64,000 nucleotides of DNA from the NCBI GenBank assembly GCA_963806185.1, contig CAWDXE010000001.1:832001-896000 (forward strand), in the 5' to 3' direction. Position numbers and translations under genes: made by a program. Of the stretch, positions 9,344-22,674 are shown piece by piece (position 1 is the stretch's first letter; every line of letters begins with the position of its first letter). This stretch comes from an uncultured candidate division Zixibacteria bacterium (GTDB lineage Bacteria > Zixibacteria > MSB-5A5 > GN15 > FEB-12). A model generated the notes under the pieces. The model had not been told where the DNA came from, ran no database searches, and saw only the letters and a list, made by a program, of their open reading frames with translations.

Positions 9344-10020
9344 AGGTGGCGTGGCGTCAGGCCGGGTGGCGTTGGCAACGAACAGCGTAAGCTGTCCGGA
9401 TGCCTCCCGACCTGATTGCCCACGTAGGTACTATTTTTCAAAGGAGTCTTCATGTCCCCCGTTCTTTCCTCCCCCGTCGCACCGTCCGCCCCCCGCGCCT
9501 CCCTGTCTGCTGCGCACGCTCTATTCTGTGGCTGGCGTACGTCTCGTGCGCCAGCCCTTCCCCCCCGCGTGGCGCACGGGACGTACGCCACGCACTGAGC
9601 TGAAAGATCGCCACGGCGCTCGGAAGCGCCTCGCGATGACGCGCAGGTAAATTCGGTGGCCATTGAGATCCTGAACCTTTAAGAAAAGGTTCAGGACGAC
9701 GAACGGGAGAAAGTGATTCAGGATGACGAGGGGTGAATCGTAGGTCGGGTTCCGAAGTTTGCCGCAGGCAAACGTAGAAACCCGACACGATGTGCTGCCC
9801 CTCTTGCTCCCTCTCCCTCCGGGAGTGGGCTGGGGTGACGGCCGGTGGGGCCACGAGTAGAACAAGTAGGGGTCCGCCAAACGTAAGATCGAGAAGAGAA
9901 GATGGCAAACCCCTTGATAAATGGAAAATGGGGTTTGCTCTACGGGATCATCGCAGCTGCCCCTCTTGCTCTCTCTCCCTCCGGGAGTGGGTCGAGGTGA
10001 GGGCATGTAAGTCGGGTCCT
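9344..10020. repeat. Intergenic island of mixed palindromic (REP-like) repeats
   Basis: Double hairpin at 9530-9595; GTC-tagged hairpins at 9600-9640 and 9666-9727 (- strand); GTAG hairpin at 9740-9788; two CCCTCTCCC..GGGAG.GGG elements at ~9794 and ~9956. Confidence 0.85.
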
Positions 10021-10084
10021 CCCCCCACATCACCGCCCATGCTCCGCATGCGGCGGTAATCGTGTTCCCCAAATTACCCCATAC

Positions 10085-10117
10085 AAAAACCCCGCGCTCG
10101 TCTCAGAACGCGGGGCC
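10085..10117 (-). terminator. Intrinsic terminator after clpC
   Basis: CCCCGCG...CGCGGGG stem next to an A5 tract on + (U tract on -). Confidence 0.7.
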
Positions 10118-10144
10118 AATAGTCAATTCAATCGGCGCTGTGTC

Positions 10145-12602
<2,458 letters not shown>

Positions 12603-12665
12603 GGTGCATCTTCCTTTCATGTCACAACACACTCAAATATACGCTCACACAGATGTCGATGCAAG

Positions 12666-13744
12666 TCAGATCGCTTTACCCGAGTTCCGCAGCTTCTCGC
12701 GAACCATCTGGGCCCGCACGAAATCGCGCCGATTCGTGTCCATTTCCTGTCCGATAGTACTTCTGCAGATGCGCCGGCTGCGACAACAGCAGAATCTCGT
12801 TGATCAGTGCCGACGTTCAGAAAGTCGATGATCTTCATCGCGTGGCCCAGCCGAACGGCCGACAGCAGGTTCATCACTTCATCCGAGGTCAGCACCCGGG
12901 CATACTTCAGGATGCCGTAACGCCCGCCATATCTTGTCTTCGATCATATCGGCTGCTTCGTCCACGAGCCGCTGGCGCGCGGCAGCTTCATCGTCGATGA
13001 TCTCTCTGGTCACCTGGGTGATCTGCGCCAGAATGTCCGTCTTCCGAGATCCCCAGCGTGTTCTGGTTGGAGATCTGGAACAGATTCCCAAGTACATCCG
13101 AACCTTCGCCGTAGAACCCGCGGACCATCAACCCGCTGCGTGTGATACGCGAGATCACTTTGTCGATTTCACGCGTCAGCACCAGACCCGGCAGGTGGAT
13201 CAACACCGACGCCCGCATGCCGGTTCCGGCATTGGTCGGACAGGCGGTCAGGTAGCCGAAATCATGATCGTAATCGTATTCGAGATACTGGCCGATTTCC
13301 GCTTCGTATTTCGACGCCAGCGCGTAGGCCCCGTTCGGGTCAAGCCCGGCCGACAGCGCCTGAATGCGCAGGTGATCTTCTTCGTTGACCATAATGGAAA
13401 CGTGTTCCCCGGACCGATAAAGAGCGCCTTGGACAATATCTCCATTCAGAAACAGCGGCGAAATGAGATGCCGTTCGACCAGGAAATCCCGGTCGAGTCG
13501 GATAATGTCGGCCGCCTTGATGTACTTCCCTTCGGTCAGCAACTTGCGAACGGGTCATGGCCGAGTCAAAGTAACTGACCACTCGACTGCGTGGTCTCCG
13601 TATCGGCCGAGCGACGGGATAGCTGCAACCGGCGACATTGCGCGCCAGACGGACCCGCGTCGACAGCACCACCAGCGCTTCTTCACCCTTGCCGGAGAGC
13701 CAGGCCGCCGGGGATTTGGCCATTTCTTCAAACATCACGCTCAC
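12666..13744 (-). CDS. mcsB: Protein arginine kinase McsB; apparent frameshifts
   Basis: LSTRVRLARN, ERHLIS, NEEDH, GYLTACPTNAGTGMRASV and QISNQ.TLG motifs; lies between mcsA and clpC. Confidence 0.92.
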
Positions 13745-13762
13745 CTGTCGCTCCTCGTCGGC

Positions 13763-14296
13763 CTACTGACCAACCTCCATACGTTCACGCACCATCTTCA
13801 GTTTGTCGCGCAGTTCCGCGGCTCGTTCGAAATCTTCGGCCTCGATCGCCTTGTGCAGTTCCTGCTCCAGCCGCTCTTCTTCCTTGACCGACATCGGTCG
13901 TTGCTGGCTTTCGCCCACTGTCACCGCCGACTCGGGATTACGCCCGCGGTGCAGCGACGCCCCGTGAATTTTGCGCATGATAGATTCCAGTCGCGGGCGA
14001 AACGCATGATAGCACTCACCGCACCCAAAGCGCCCCTGACGGGCAAATTCGTCAAAGGTCATACCGCACGTCTGGCAGGTCAACTGCTCCAGCGGCTCGG
14101 CCTTGCCGGTCGGCTGCGGCCCTTTGACCATTCCTGACAGAATATCGGCCAGCGGAAACGGCTTGTTGTCCAGCGGCGAATGAAACCCCCGCGCCGCCGC
14201 ACACTCACGACACAGCGACAGACCCATCTTCTCGTTCTTCACGATCTGTATCATCTGGACAACCGCCTCGCGCTTTCGACAATCCTGACAAAGCAT
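13763..14296 (-). CDS. mcsA: McsA, arginine kinase activator (CxxC motifs plus UVR domain)
   Basis: Four CxxC motifs, GRFGCGECY, and UVR motif EDFERAAELRD. Confidence 0.95.
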   Translation of the reverse strand: MLCQDCRKREAVVQMIQIVKNEKMGLSLCRECAAARGFHSPLDNKPFPLADILSGMVKGPQPTGKAEPLEQLTCQTCGMTFDEFARQGRFGCGECYHAFRPRLESIMRKIHGASLHRGRNPESAVTVGESQQRPMSVKEEERLEQELHKAIEAEDFERAAELRDKLKMVRERMEVGQ

Positions 14297-14317
14297 GGCT
14301 ATTCCCTTTCCTCCCCG

Positions 14318-15064
14318 CTATCCGACCACCATCCCGTCAGCCATCTGAAACTCCCGGTCACACGAATCTGCCAACTCACGATTATGCGTGGCGATCAAAA
14401 AGCTTGTCGATTTCTCGGAATTAAGACGAAAGAGAAGTTCGTGCAGCTTACGACCGGTCGCCGTATCGAGATTTCCCGAGGGCTCATCGGCCAGAACCAC
14501 TTCCGGCTCATTGGCCAACGCTCGCGCTACCGCCACTCGCTGTTGTTCACCGCCCGATAATTCCCGCGGACGGTGGCTTCGTCTATGTGATAAACCAACC
14601 TGAGCCAGAAGCTGTTCCCCGTTCTCTTTCGCCTCGGCCTGTGTCTTACCGGCTAACAGCATAGGAATCATCACATTCTCGACTGCCGAAAAATCATCCA
14701 AGAGATAATGAAACTGAAATACAAACCCGATCTTTCGGTTTCGTAGTCGCGCCAGACTCTCTTCCGATAGCCCTTTAAGCGACGTCTCACCCAATAATAC
14801 TTCACCCTGATTGGGACGGTCCAACCCACCCAGAATATGCAGGAGGGTTGATTTGCCCACCCCGGAGGCACCCGTCACTGAGGCCGTCTCTCCGCGCTTC
14901 AACGTCAGACTTATCCCTTTCAGTACCGGTAACTTACCCTCACTGGTCACAAACGACCGGTGAATCTCCCGGGCGGTCAATATCGCCCCCCCTTGCCCGG
15001 TACCTGCATCTGGTTGGTTTCCCATACTCAGCGCTTCTTTATTGATGTCGTCACATGGTGCCAA
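14318..15064 (-). CDS. lolD: Lipoprotein-releasing ABC transporter ATPase
   Basis: GASGVGKST, GFVFQFHYLL (LolD motif), LSGGEQQ and DEPSGNLD. The true start may be further downstream (MGNQPD). Confidence 0.88.
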   Translation of the reverse strand: MAPCDDINKEALSMGNQPDAGTGQGGAILTAREIHRSFVTSEGKLPVLKGISLTLKRGETASVTGASGVGKSTLLHILGGLDRPNQGEVLLGETSLKGLSEESLARLRNRKIGFVFQFHYLLDDFSAVENVMIPMLLAGKTQAEAKENGEQLLAQVGLSHRRSHRPRELSGGEQQRVAVARALANEPEVVLADEPSGNLDTATGRKLHELLFRLNSEKSTSFLIATHNRELADSCDREFQMADGMVVG

Positions 15065-15095
15065 AGTTTTAGCTAACCCCGATCATTACTTTGTT

Positions 15096-16322
15096 TTACC
15101 GCCGCAAAACATCCACCACCGGGATCCGCGCCGCCTGCGACGCCGGCCAGATCGCCGCCAAAAAACAGATCCCATATGTTACTACACCGGCCAGCGCAAA
15201 ATCTGCCCAGTGTGCGTCAATCGGCAGGTAGGTGATAAAATAAATATCCGCCGGCAACGAAATCACATGATACGTGTTCTGGATTATCGCCAATAGCAAC
15301 GCCAGCAACCACCCAGTCACCACACCAATCGTGGCGATCGCCAGCCCTTTCATCACGAAAATCCGCCGAATCCCCGCCGGTGTGGTCCCCATCGTCTTGA
15401 GAATGCCGATTTCCTGACGCTTTTCCATAGTCAACATGACGAGTGTGGAGATGATGCTGAATGCGGCTACAATCACAATAAGAATAAAGCCGAGAAAAAG
15501 AATCTTCTTTTCGATGGCTATCCATGTGAACAAATTCTTATGCAGCACTCGCCACGGCACGACATCGTATTCGTGACCCAACGCCGAATCGATCCTCGGC
15601 GCCATCGCATCGGCCAGATAGATGTCGGTCAGTTTCAGATGCACCGCCGTCACGGCATCGCCTGTGCGAAACAGGTCCTGTGCGTCTTTCAGCGAGATGT
15701 ACGCCAGCTGACCGTCGAACTCGTACATCCCCGTCTCGAATTCGCCCGCCACATAGAACTTCTTAACCCGTGGCCGGATGTTCTTTCGCATCTCGTCGCC
15801 GCGCAGCGAATACAAGACTATTGGCTGTCCGACATACACACCCAGTCGCTCGGCCAGTCCGTTGCCGAGAACAATGCCGGGCGTCGTGTCGCCGTCGACA
15901 ATCTCAGTGGAGAAGGTGTAGTGCCCGATCTTGACATCCTCGGCGATGCCGGCGGTTTTCGCCTCCATGTCGGCATCGACGCCGCGCACGATGATGCCGT
16001 CACCTTCCGTCTCCGATGATATCGCCGCCTTGTAGTAGATGAACGGCGAGGCCGCTAACACGCCGTCCATCTTTTCGAGTCGATCCACCAGCGCCATGTA
16101 GTCGGTGATGAGCGGCTGTTTGAGAGGGAAGATGGAGATGTGCGATGTTGTCCCCAGCAGTCGGGTGCGGATTTCCGACTCAAAGCCGTTGTGCATGGAC
16201 ATGACAAAGCAGACGGTGGCGACGCCGAGCATGACGCCGAGGACGGTGATCCAGGTGGAGACGGAGATAAAGAATCGACCGGAGCGAAAATATCTTCGGG
16301 CGATGTAGCTTTCGAATTTCAT
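15096..16322 (-). CDS. lolC: Lipoprotein-releasing ABC transporter permease (LolC/E/F)
   Basis: SMHNGFE, FETGMYEFD, EKRQEIGILKTMG and DIYFITYLP; adjacent to lolD. Confidence 0.9.
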   Translation of the reverse strand: MKFESYIARRYFRSGRFFISVSTWITVLGVMLGVATVCFVMSMHNGFESEIRTRLLGTTSHISIFPLKQPLITDYMALVDRLEKMDGVLAASPFIYYKAAISSETEGDGIIVRGVDADMEAKTAGIAEDVKIGHYTFSTEIVDGDTTPGIVLGNGLAERLGVYVGQPIVLYSLRGDEMRKNIRPRVKKFYVAGEFETGMYEFDGQLAYISLKDAQDLFRTGDAVTAVHLKLTDIYLADAMAPRIDSALGHEYDVVPWRVLHKNLFTWIAIEKKILFLGFILIVIVAAFSIISTLVMLTMEKRQEIGILKTMGTTPAGIRRIFVMKGLAIATIGVVTGWLLALLLAIIQNTYHVISLPADIYFITYLPIDAHWADFALAGVVTYGICFLAAIWPASQAARIPVVDVLRR

Positions 16323-16500
16323 GCGAACTGTGCCGACCTTTCCCGGCGCCGCCAGTCGGCTCAGGCGAGGAGTGCGCCGTGGCGCACGGACCTGCTTTAG
16401 GTGGAGTATATGGCCTCCCCGCCGACAAATGCAACGTCTTTCATCTCATAATGATACGTTACACAGTACCTCAAAGTCGAGCCAAATAAATGGGTGGAAA

Positions 16501-16722
16501 ACGTAGGGCGGAACTCATTTGCGATCACCACAGGTTACGCATCACCGGACGGAACGGGCAACGTAGGGCGGAACTCTCTTGCGATCACCAAAGGTTATGC
16601 ATCACCGGACGGAACGCGCAACGTAGGGCGGAACGCTCTTGCGATCACCAAAGGTTATGCATCACCGGACGGAACGCGCATTGAACACAGCCGTCAATCA
16701 GCGCAAGGGAGTTCCGCCCTAC
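16501..16722 (+). repeat. Three 60-bp tandem units carrying GTAGGGCGGAAC, closed by one inverted copy
   Basis: Units at 16501, 16561 and 16621; reverse-complement arm CGCAAGGGAGTTCCGCCCTAC at 16702-16722. Confidence 0.93.
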
Positions 16723-16761
16723 TACGGCTATGCGGTTCGGGTTAGGTTCACTTGGGATCCG

Positions 16762-17160
16762 GTCATGGCGAGGCCCCCCCACAAACGTCATCGCGAGGCT
16801 CTCCCCCACAAACGTCATCGCGAGGCTCGCTTCGAGCCGTGGCGATCTTTCAGTTCTCTTCTTTTGTAGGTCAGGATCCCCGCTTCCGAGCGGGTGATCC
16901 TGACGCTCTGTTCAGCAAGGACGGCATCCCCACGCATACACACCGCTCGTCGCGCAGTGTCGTCCTGAGCGCCCCCCACCGTCGTCCTGAGCGCTCCCCC
17001 ACCGTCGTCCTGAGCGCCCCCCCACCGTCGTCCTGAGCGCTCCCCCACCGTCGTCCTGAGCGCAGTCGAAGGACGAGATAGTCAGCGTTAATGCGTGGCG
17101 TACGCCCCGTGCGCCAAGCAGGGTGAAAGAAGGCTGGCGCACGAGACGCACGCCAGCCAT
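16762..17160. repeat. Intergenic island of mixed REP-like hairpins with stuttered half-sites
   Basis: GTCAT(C/G)GCGAGGC x3 (16762, 16787, 16814); GTAG hairpin at 16867-16905; GTCGTCCTGAGCGC x5 (16959-17076); double hairpin at 17093-17158. Confidence 0.9.
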
Positions 17161-17223
17161 GAAGGCAACGCTCAATGTGAGACAAGAGGTCCGGGTAGAA
17201 GCGCATCACTTCACTAATACACC

Positions 17224-17259
17224 AAAACCCCCGCCGGGCTTTCGCCCAGCGGGGGTTTC
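17224..17259 (-). terminator. Intrinsic terminator after hppA
   Basis: AAAACCCCCGCCGGGC-TTTC-GCCCAGCGGGGGTTT. Confidence 0.8.
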
Positions 17260-17284
17260 AATTCATCCAACCAATCCTCGCGCC

Positions 17285-19546
17285 CTAAATAAACAGCGGC
17301 GCCAGCACCAGCGTAATCGTCGATAACAGTTTCACCAGCACGTGAAGCGACGGACCAGCCGTGTCCTTAAACGGATCACCTACCGTGTCGCCCACCACCG
17401 CCGCACCGTGAATCGGGTTCTTCACCTTGCTGCCGTCGGCCAAAGTCAGATACTTCCCGCCATGCGCGCCGGTTTCGATATACTTCTTGGCGTTGTCCCA
17501 CGCGCCACCCGCGTTGTTCAGGAAGAGCGCCATGATGATACCGCCGATCGTCCCCACCATCAGAAACGCCGCCACCGACTGCGCGCCAATCAGCGGCTCA
17601 GCATCGGTGCGGAAGAGCAACTTGAAGACGACACCGACCAGTATCGGCGCGCAGACCACCAACAGACCCGGCAGTACCATCTCGCGCAGGGCCGACTTGG
17701 TGACGATATCCACGCACGCGCCGTATTCCGGCTTGAAGTCAGGCGTGAACACGATCATGTCGTTCTTGCGTGCCAGCTTAGAATACTGACGACGTACCTC
17801 TTCGATAATCGCCTTGGCCGCTTTACCCACCGCACGAATACAGAGCGACGAGAACAGGAAAACCAGCATGCAGCCGAGCATCGCGCCGACAAACACGACC
17901 GGATTCGACAGATCGACACGGAACGGTTCGCCACCGTTCGCAATAGATACCGGCGTAGTGCAGGACCTCGTCCATGTACGCCTGGAACAACAGGAAGGCC
18001 GCCAGACCGGCCGAGCCGACCGCGTACCCTTTGGTCAACGCCTTGGTCGTGTTGCCGACTGAATCCAGACGGTCCGTGCGTTCGCGAATATGTTCCGGCT
18101 GACTCGACATCTCGACAATACCACCGGCGTTGTCGGTGATCGGGCCAAACGTATCCATCGCCAGAATGTACGCGGCAGTGGCCAGCATACCCATCGTGGC
18201 GACCGCCGTACCAAACAGGCCGCCGCTCACCGATGCCATCCGGGAACGCCGCCTGGCCGAGGAAATACGACGCCAACAGCGCGCCGCCGGTGACCATCAC
18301 CGGGAGAGCCGTGCATTCAAAGCCGACCGCCACACCGGCAATGATGTTGGTCGCCGGACCGGTCGTCGAGGCGTCGGCAATCGACTCTCACCGGGCGATA
18401 TCGATATTCAGTGTAATACTGCGTGATGAACACGTAGAGAATCGACGTCACCACGCCGACGATACCGCAGACGAAGAAATGCCACCAGGCGTTTTCGGCG
18501 GCCGGTGTATACAGCAGCCAGCGGGTGGCCGCACCAAAACCGATCATGGCGAGAATCGCGGTGAAGAAATAACCGCGGTTGAGCGCCTGCATCGGATCTT
18601 CTTTTTCATTTTTCAGCTTCACCGACACGATGCCGATGATCGACGCGATGATACCAAACGCACGGGCGATCAACGGGAACATCATCACACCGATAATACC
18701 GGCGTCGAAATTGATATCCGCTCGCGCCGCCGCGGCCGCGAGCGTGGCGCCCAGAATCATGGCGCCGATATTTTCAGCGGCCGTCGATTCGAACAGGTCG
18801 GCCCCACGACCGGCGCAGTCACCGACGTTGTCACCGACCAGATCGGCGATCACCGCGGGGTTGCGCGGATCGTCTTCCGGAATACCGGCTTCGACTTTAC
18901 CCACCAGGTCCGCGCCGACGTCGGCCGCCTTGGTGTAAATACCGCCGCCCACCTGGGCGAACAGGGCGACAAACGACGCGCCAAAACCATAGCCGACAAT
19001 CAGGAGAGGAATCTGTGTGTCCGGGACCGCGGTTGTGTAGCGCACCAGCGCATACAGACCGGCGACACCCAGCAGCGACATGGCAACCACCAGACAGGCC
19101 CGACACCGCGCCGCCGCGAAGCGCGACGCGCAGGGCGTCGTTCAGATTATCCAGCGCCGCCGCAGCCGTGCGGATATTGGAGCGGATCGACACCCACATC
19201 CCGACATACCCGGCGATCACGGAACAGATGGCGCCGAGAACGAAAGATATCGTCACCCAGAACGCCAACTGCATCGGTGAGGATACCGGGTCAAATTCGC
19301 GATGACCGCGCAGGACGCCGTAGCCGAGAAAGAGCGCCACCGCGACCAGAAGCGCCAGCATGAGCGATGGTTCGGTTCTGGCGGCGAAGGAACGACTCGG
19401 CTCCCTCTTTGATGGCGTTGGAGATTTTCTGCATCGCCTCGGTGCCAGTGCCCTCGAGCAAGAACCCATCGGGCGAGCCACCAGGCGGCGAGCAGGCCAA
19501 AGAGGCTGATCCCAATGATGAGCCCTAGAAGCAGTCCTTCAGACAT
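17285..19546 (-). CDS. hppA: Membrane-bound H+-translocating pyrophosphatase, K+-independent type; apparent frameshifts
   Basis: [45 protein letters not shown] (Lys at the K+-dependence position), GGAWDNAKK and [10 protein letters not shown]. Confidence 0.93.
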
Positions 19547-19733
19547 TAACCTCTCCTTTCGAATTCCTGTAATGGATTAAACAGCCGGGCAAAGGTATGG
19601 CCAACAGCGGGTTTTGGCAAGTATTTTGTGACGGCGAGAGGCCGGCGTGGACCCACCCGGTCGGTGCTGGAGGGGAATGATTTTCCGTCTGCAAAGCAAA
19701 ACCCCCTATCGTAGATCGGGAGTGCGATAATAA

Positions 19734-19763
19734 TTGCGGGGGGGGGGGCGCAGTAGCTATATT
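19734..19763 (+). promoter_or_regulatory. Putative sigma70 promoter with a G11 tract in the spacer
   Basis: TTGCGG (19734-19739) and TATATT (19758-19763); poly-G at 19738-19748. Confidence 0.5.
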
Positions 19764-19808
19764 GCGACAGGCACACGTCTGTCGCCGGGGATAAAGTCGG
19801 GGTCGCCT

Positions 19809-22295
19809 ATGGAATTGCGGCAAAGCGTGAGGATCGTGATACTGTGCGCGGTGCTTTGCGCGGCGTTCGGCGTTGTGGCGTTTGCTCAGAATGACCCCAC
19901 TCATCGCCCGCGGTTCGATTACTTTCCTCATAACAACGGCAATATGCAGATGTGGATATCCAATCTGGGAACGTATGGTGACGGTGGGGAGGACGAACAA
20001 TTCTACGTTGATCCGCTGTCAGGCCAGTCACTTCCTTTCACGTTTGTCTATCCCAGAAACTCCCATGTCGTTTTCGGCGTCTTTGATCTTTGGATTGGCG
20101 GGAAGGTCAGTGGCGAGCCATCCGTTTCACAGGGTTACTGGGGCGAGCTGGTTTCTGATTATTCGCTTGCCAATCCGATGAGTATATCCACCATCGATCC
20201 GACAAAGGCCTGGTATTCGCCGCAGGCCCGATCAGAACTGGATATCAACTGTGAATACACCGATACTTTCCCGCGCCGCCAGCCGTTTCCGGTGGGCGAT
20301 CCAAATGATCCACTGATTCACCCTCCCCTGGGTGTGCGCGTGCACCAACGATCGATGTCCTGGTCGGCGGAGACTGTCAACGATTTCATTCTCATAGACC
20401 TGGTGTTCACGAATATCGGACGCGATGGGATCAAGGACGTGTATGTAGGCATCAGCGGAACTTCGACGTTCGCGGCATATATCGAATCGTATGCCGATTT
20501 CGATACTCTGCCCCATCAAGATGATCTGGCCGGATACCTGCGGAGCATGATTCTTCCTGGTGACTGCAACGAGCCGACCGAGCTCGGCGTCGCGTATATC
20601 ATGGATAACGACGGCGACCCCGAGGCTGGAGTCTTCGATGCCAAGTCGGCCCTTCCGGCTGTGGGGACGATCGTCCTGCGCTGCCCCGGGGATACACCGA
20701 CTGTCAGCTTCAATTGGTGGGCCTGGTTGCAGAACTACGGCCAACCAGTTCGCGAAGATTGGGGCCCGATGCACGAACGTCGCGAAGGTGAACCGCGTCC
20801 ACCAGTCGGCATGGGCACCGAGTACCCTTACGGCGACATTCAGCGCTATTATATCATGAGCCGCCCCGAGATTGACTATGATCAGGTGTATGCGGCCATT
20901 CTTCAGCAGGGTTGGATGCTGCCGGCCCGCCATGCCGATGAAGTCGCAGCCGGCAGTGGGGTGGCAATGCTTCACTCCGCCGGGCCGTTCGATCTCTTTC
21001 CCGGTCAGAGTGCTGAGTTTACCTTTGCTTTTGTCGGCGGCGAAAATGTCCACACCGACCCGACCAATTTCGAGCGCAACTTCATTCCCAGCAATCCAAG
21101 CGCCTATCTGGCCAATCTTGATTTTTCCGATCTCGCGCTCAACGCCCGCTGGGCACAGTGGGTGTATGATAATCCCGGTTTTGATACCGACGGCGACGGT
21201 TACCGCGGCGAGTACAGAATCTGTGACGGCGACACGCTTTGGTACCAGGGCGACGGTATCCCCGATTTCCGCGCCGACGTGCCGCCACCCGCTCCGCTGT
21301 TGCACGTTTACCCGTCGCAGGGGAAGCTGGTTTATCGCTGGAACGGCTACAACAGCGAGACATTTGTTGATCCGTTCACGCGCATCAAGGATTTCGAGGG
21401 GTACCGCGTGTACATGGGCCTCGACCAGCGCGAGTCGAGCCTGTCGATGATCAGCCAGTTTGATTATCCCAATTTCAACCGCTTTGTGATGCGCCAGAAA
21501 CTGAACGGAACGTGGGATTGGCAGAACAAAGATTTGCCCCTCTCGCTCGACTCACTGCGAAAATTCTTCAATGATCCGGAATTTGAGCCATCACTGTATC
21601 CACGGACCGACCCGCTCAAATTCCTGGACACCTTCTACTATTTCCAGACACAATCGTATAACGCGGCGCTGGCGCCGGACCAGGTGCACAAGGTCTACCC
21701 GGATGCGATAAAGCCGCCCGACGACACGCTTCAATGGACTGCCGACATGCTGACCGAAGAACATGGCAAACCGCTGCCCAGGTATTACGAGTATGAGTAT
21801 GTGCTGGACAAATTGCTGCCGACTATCGAGTATTATGCCAGTGTGACGGCGTTTGATTTCGGGTTTGCGTTTGGAGGGATACCTTCGAGGGAAGCAAGCA
21901 AGTATGCCAACATCACCAATGCGTATGCGATTCCTTCTGCGCAAACCGTAGCCAGTGAACACAGAGACGTCTACATCTGGCCCAATCCCTACCGGTATGA
22001 CGGCAACTATCTGGAGCAGGGATTCGAGAACCACGATCAGAGTCTCTGGTATGACCGGGCGCGACGGATTCACTTTGGCAATCTCCCCGCCAAGTGCACG
22101 ATCTCAATTCTCTCCCTCGACGGCGATCTGATCAAGGAGATTCATCACAGTTTTGCGCCGGACGATCCTGAGGCGCAACACGATTCGTTTGACCTGATCA
22201 GCCGAGCGGGTTTGCTGGTGGTCTCGGGTATTTATTACTGGGTGGTAGAGGGTGACGGCCGGACGCAGATGGGGAAGCTGGTGATAATTGAGTAG
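19809..22295 (+). CDS. Large secreted hypothetical protein with Asp-rich Ca-binding-like motifs, an FN3-like region and a C-terminal sorting-like domain
   Basis: Signal peptide from ATG 19809; DNDGD and DTDGDG motifs; DFEGYRVY; C-terminal VYIWPNPYR...IHFGNLP...SGIYYWVVE...GKLVII. Confidence 0.8.
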   Translation: MELRQSVRIVILCAVLCAAFGVVAFAQNDPTHRPRFDYFPHNNGNMQMWISNLGTYGDGGEDEQFYVDPLSGQSLPFTFVYPRNSHVVFGVFDLWIGGKVSGEPSVSQGYWGELVSDYSLANPMSISTIDPTKAWYSPQARSELDINCEYTDTFPRRQPFPVGDPNDPLIHPPLGVRVHQRSMSWSAETVNDFILIDLVFTNIGRDGIKDVYVGISGTSTFAAYIESYADFDTLPHQDDLAGYLRSMILPGDCNEPTELGVAYIMDNDGDPEAGVFDAKSALPAVGTIVLRCPGDTPTVSFNWWAWLQNYGQPVREDWGPMHERREGEPRPPVGMGTEYPYGDIQRYYIMSRPEIDYDQVYAAILQQGWMLPARHADEVAAGSGVAMLHSAGPFDLFPGQSAEFTFAFVGGENVHTDPTNFERNFIPSNPSAYLANLDFSDLALNARWAQWVYDNPGFDTDGDGYRGEYRICDGDTLWYQGDGIPDFRADVPPPAPLLHVYPSQGKLVYRWNGYNSETFVDPFTRIKDFEGYRVYMGLDQRESSLSMISQFDYPNFNRFVMRQKLNGTWDWQNKDLPLSLDSLRKFFNDPEFEPSLYPRTDPLKFLDTFYYFQTQSYNAALAPDQVHKVYPDAIKPPDDTLQWTADMLTEEHGKPLPRYYEYEYVLDKLLPTIEYYASVTAFDFGFAFGGIPSREASKYANITNAYAIPSAQTVASEHRDVYIWPNPYRYDGNYLEQGFENHDQSLWYDRARRIHFGNLPAKCTISILSLDGDLIKEIHHSFAPDDPEAQHDSFDLISRAGLLVVSGIYYWVVEGDGRTQMGKLVIIE

Positions 22296-22660
22296 GGCAG
22301 CACCGATACGAGTCTTCGAGCGGGTGCTGCCGTCTTGGTGAGGTCAAGGAATCTTATCGGCAGCATCCGTCCGCTAAGAAGCGGACATCGATGCTGCCCT
22401 ACGACCCGCCGTCAGGCTCACAGCGAGCCTGAGCTACTGTGTTGCCCCTCGTCATCCTGAATCATTCCCCTAAATCGTCATCCTGAATCATTATTATGAT
22501 TCAGGATCTCACTGTCCACCGTGTCTATCTGTGCCGCCGCAAAGCGTCGCACTGAGCGCTAGTCGAAGTGCGATTGAAGGGAATGGGGAGTCATCGCGAG
22601 GCGCGCTTCGAGCCGAGGCAGTTTTTCAGTTCTCTCTTGTGGGTCGAAACCGCAGGGCTA
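22292..22660. repeat. Intergenic REP island, including an inverted GTAG pair (REPIN-like)
   Basis: GTAGGGCAGCA... (22292) faces ...TGCTGCCCTAC (~22402); CGTCAGGCTC..GAGCCTGAGCTAC; GTCATCCTGAATCA x2 (22451, 22477); GTCGCACTGAGCG..TCGAAG; GTCATCGCGAGGC (22590). Confidence 0.88.
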
Positions 22661-22674
22661 TCGACCTGCAATCA

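Noticed and set aside
16501..16680. 60-bp repeat as a CRISPR array or repeat protein
   Set aside because: No variable spacers; it starts with a GTAG tag and has an inverted partner, which fits a REP array.
19560..19730. Riboswitch upstream of hppA
   Set aside because: No recognisable conserved aptamer motif by eye; an Rfam covariance search would be needed.
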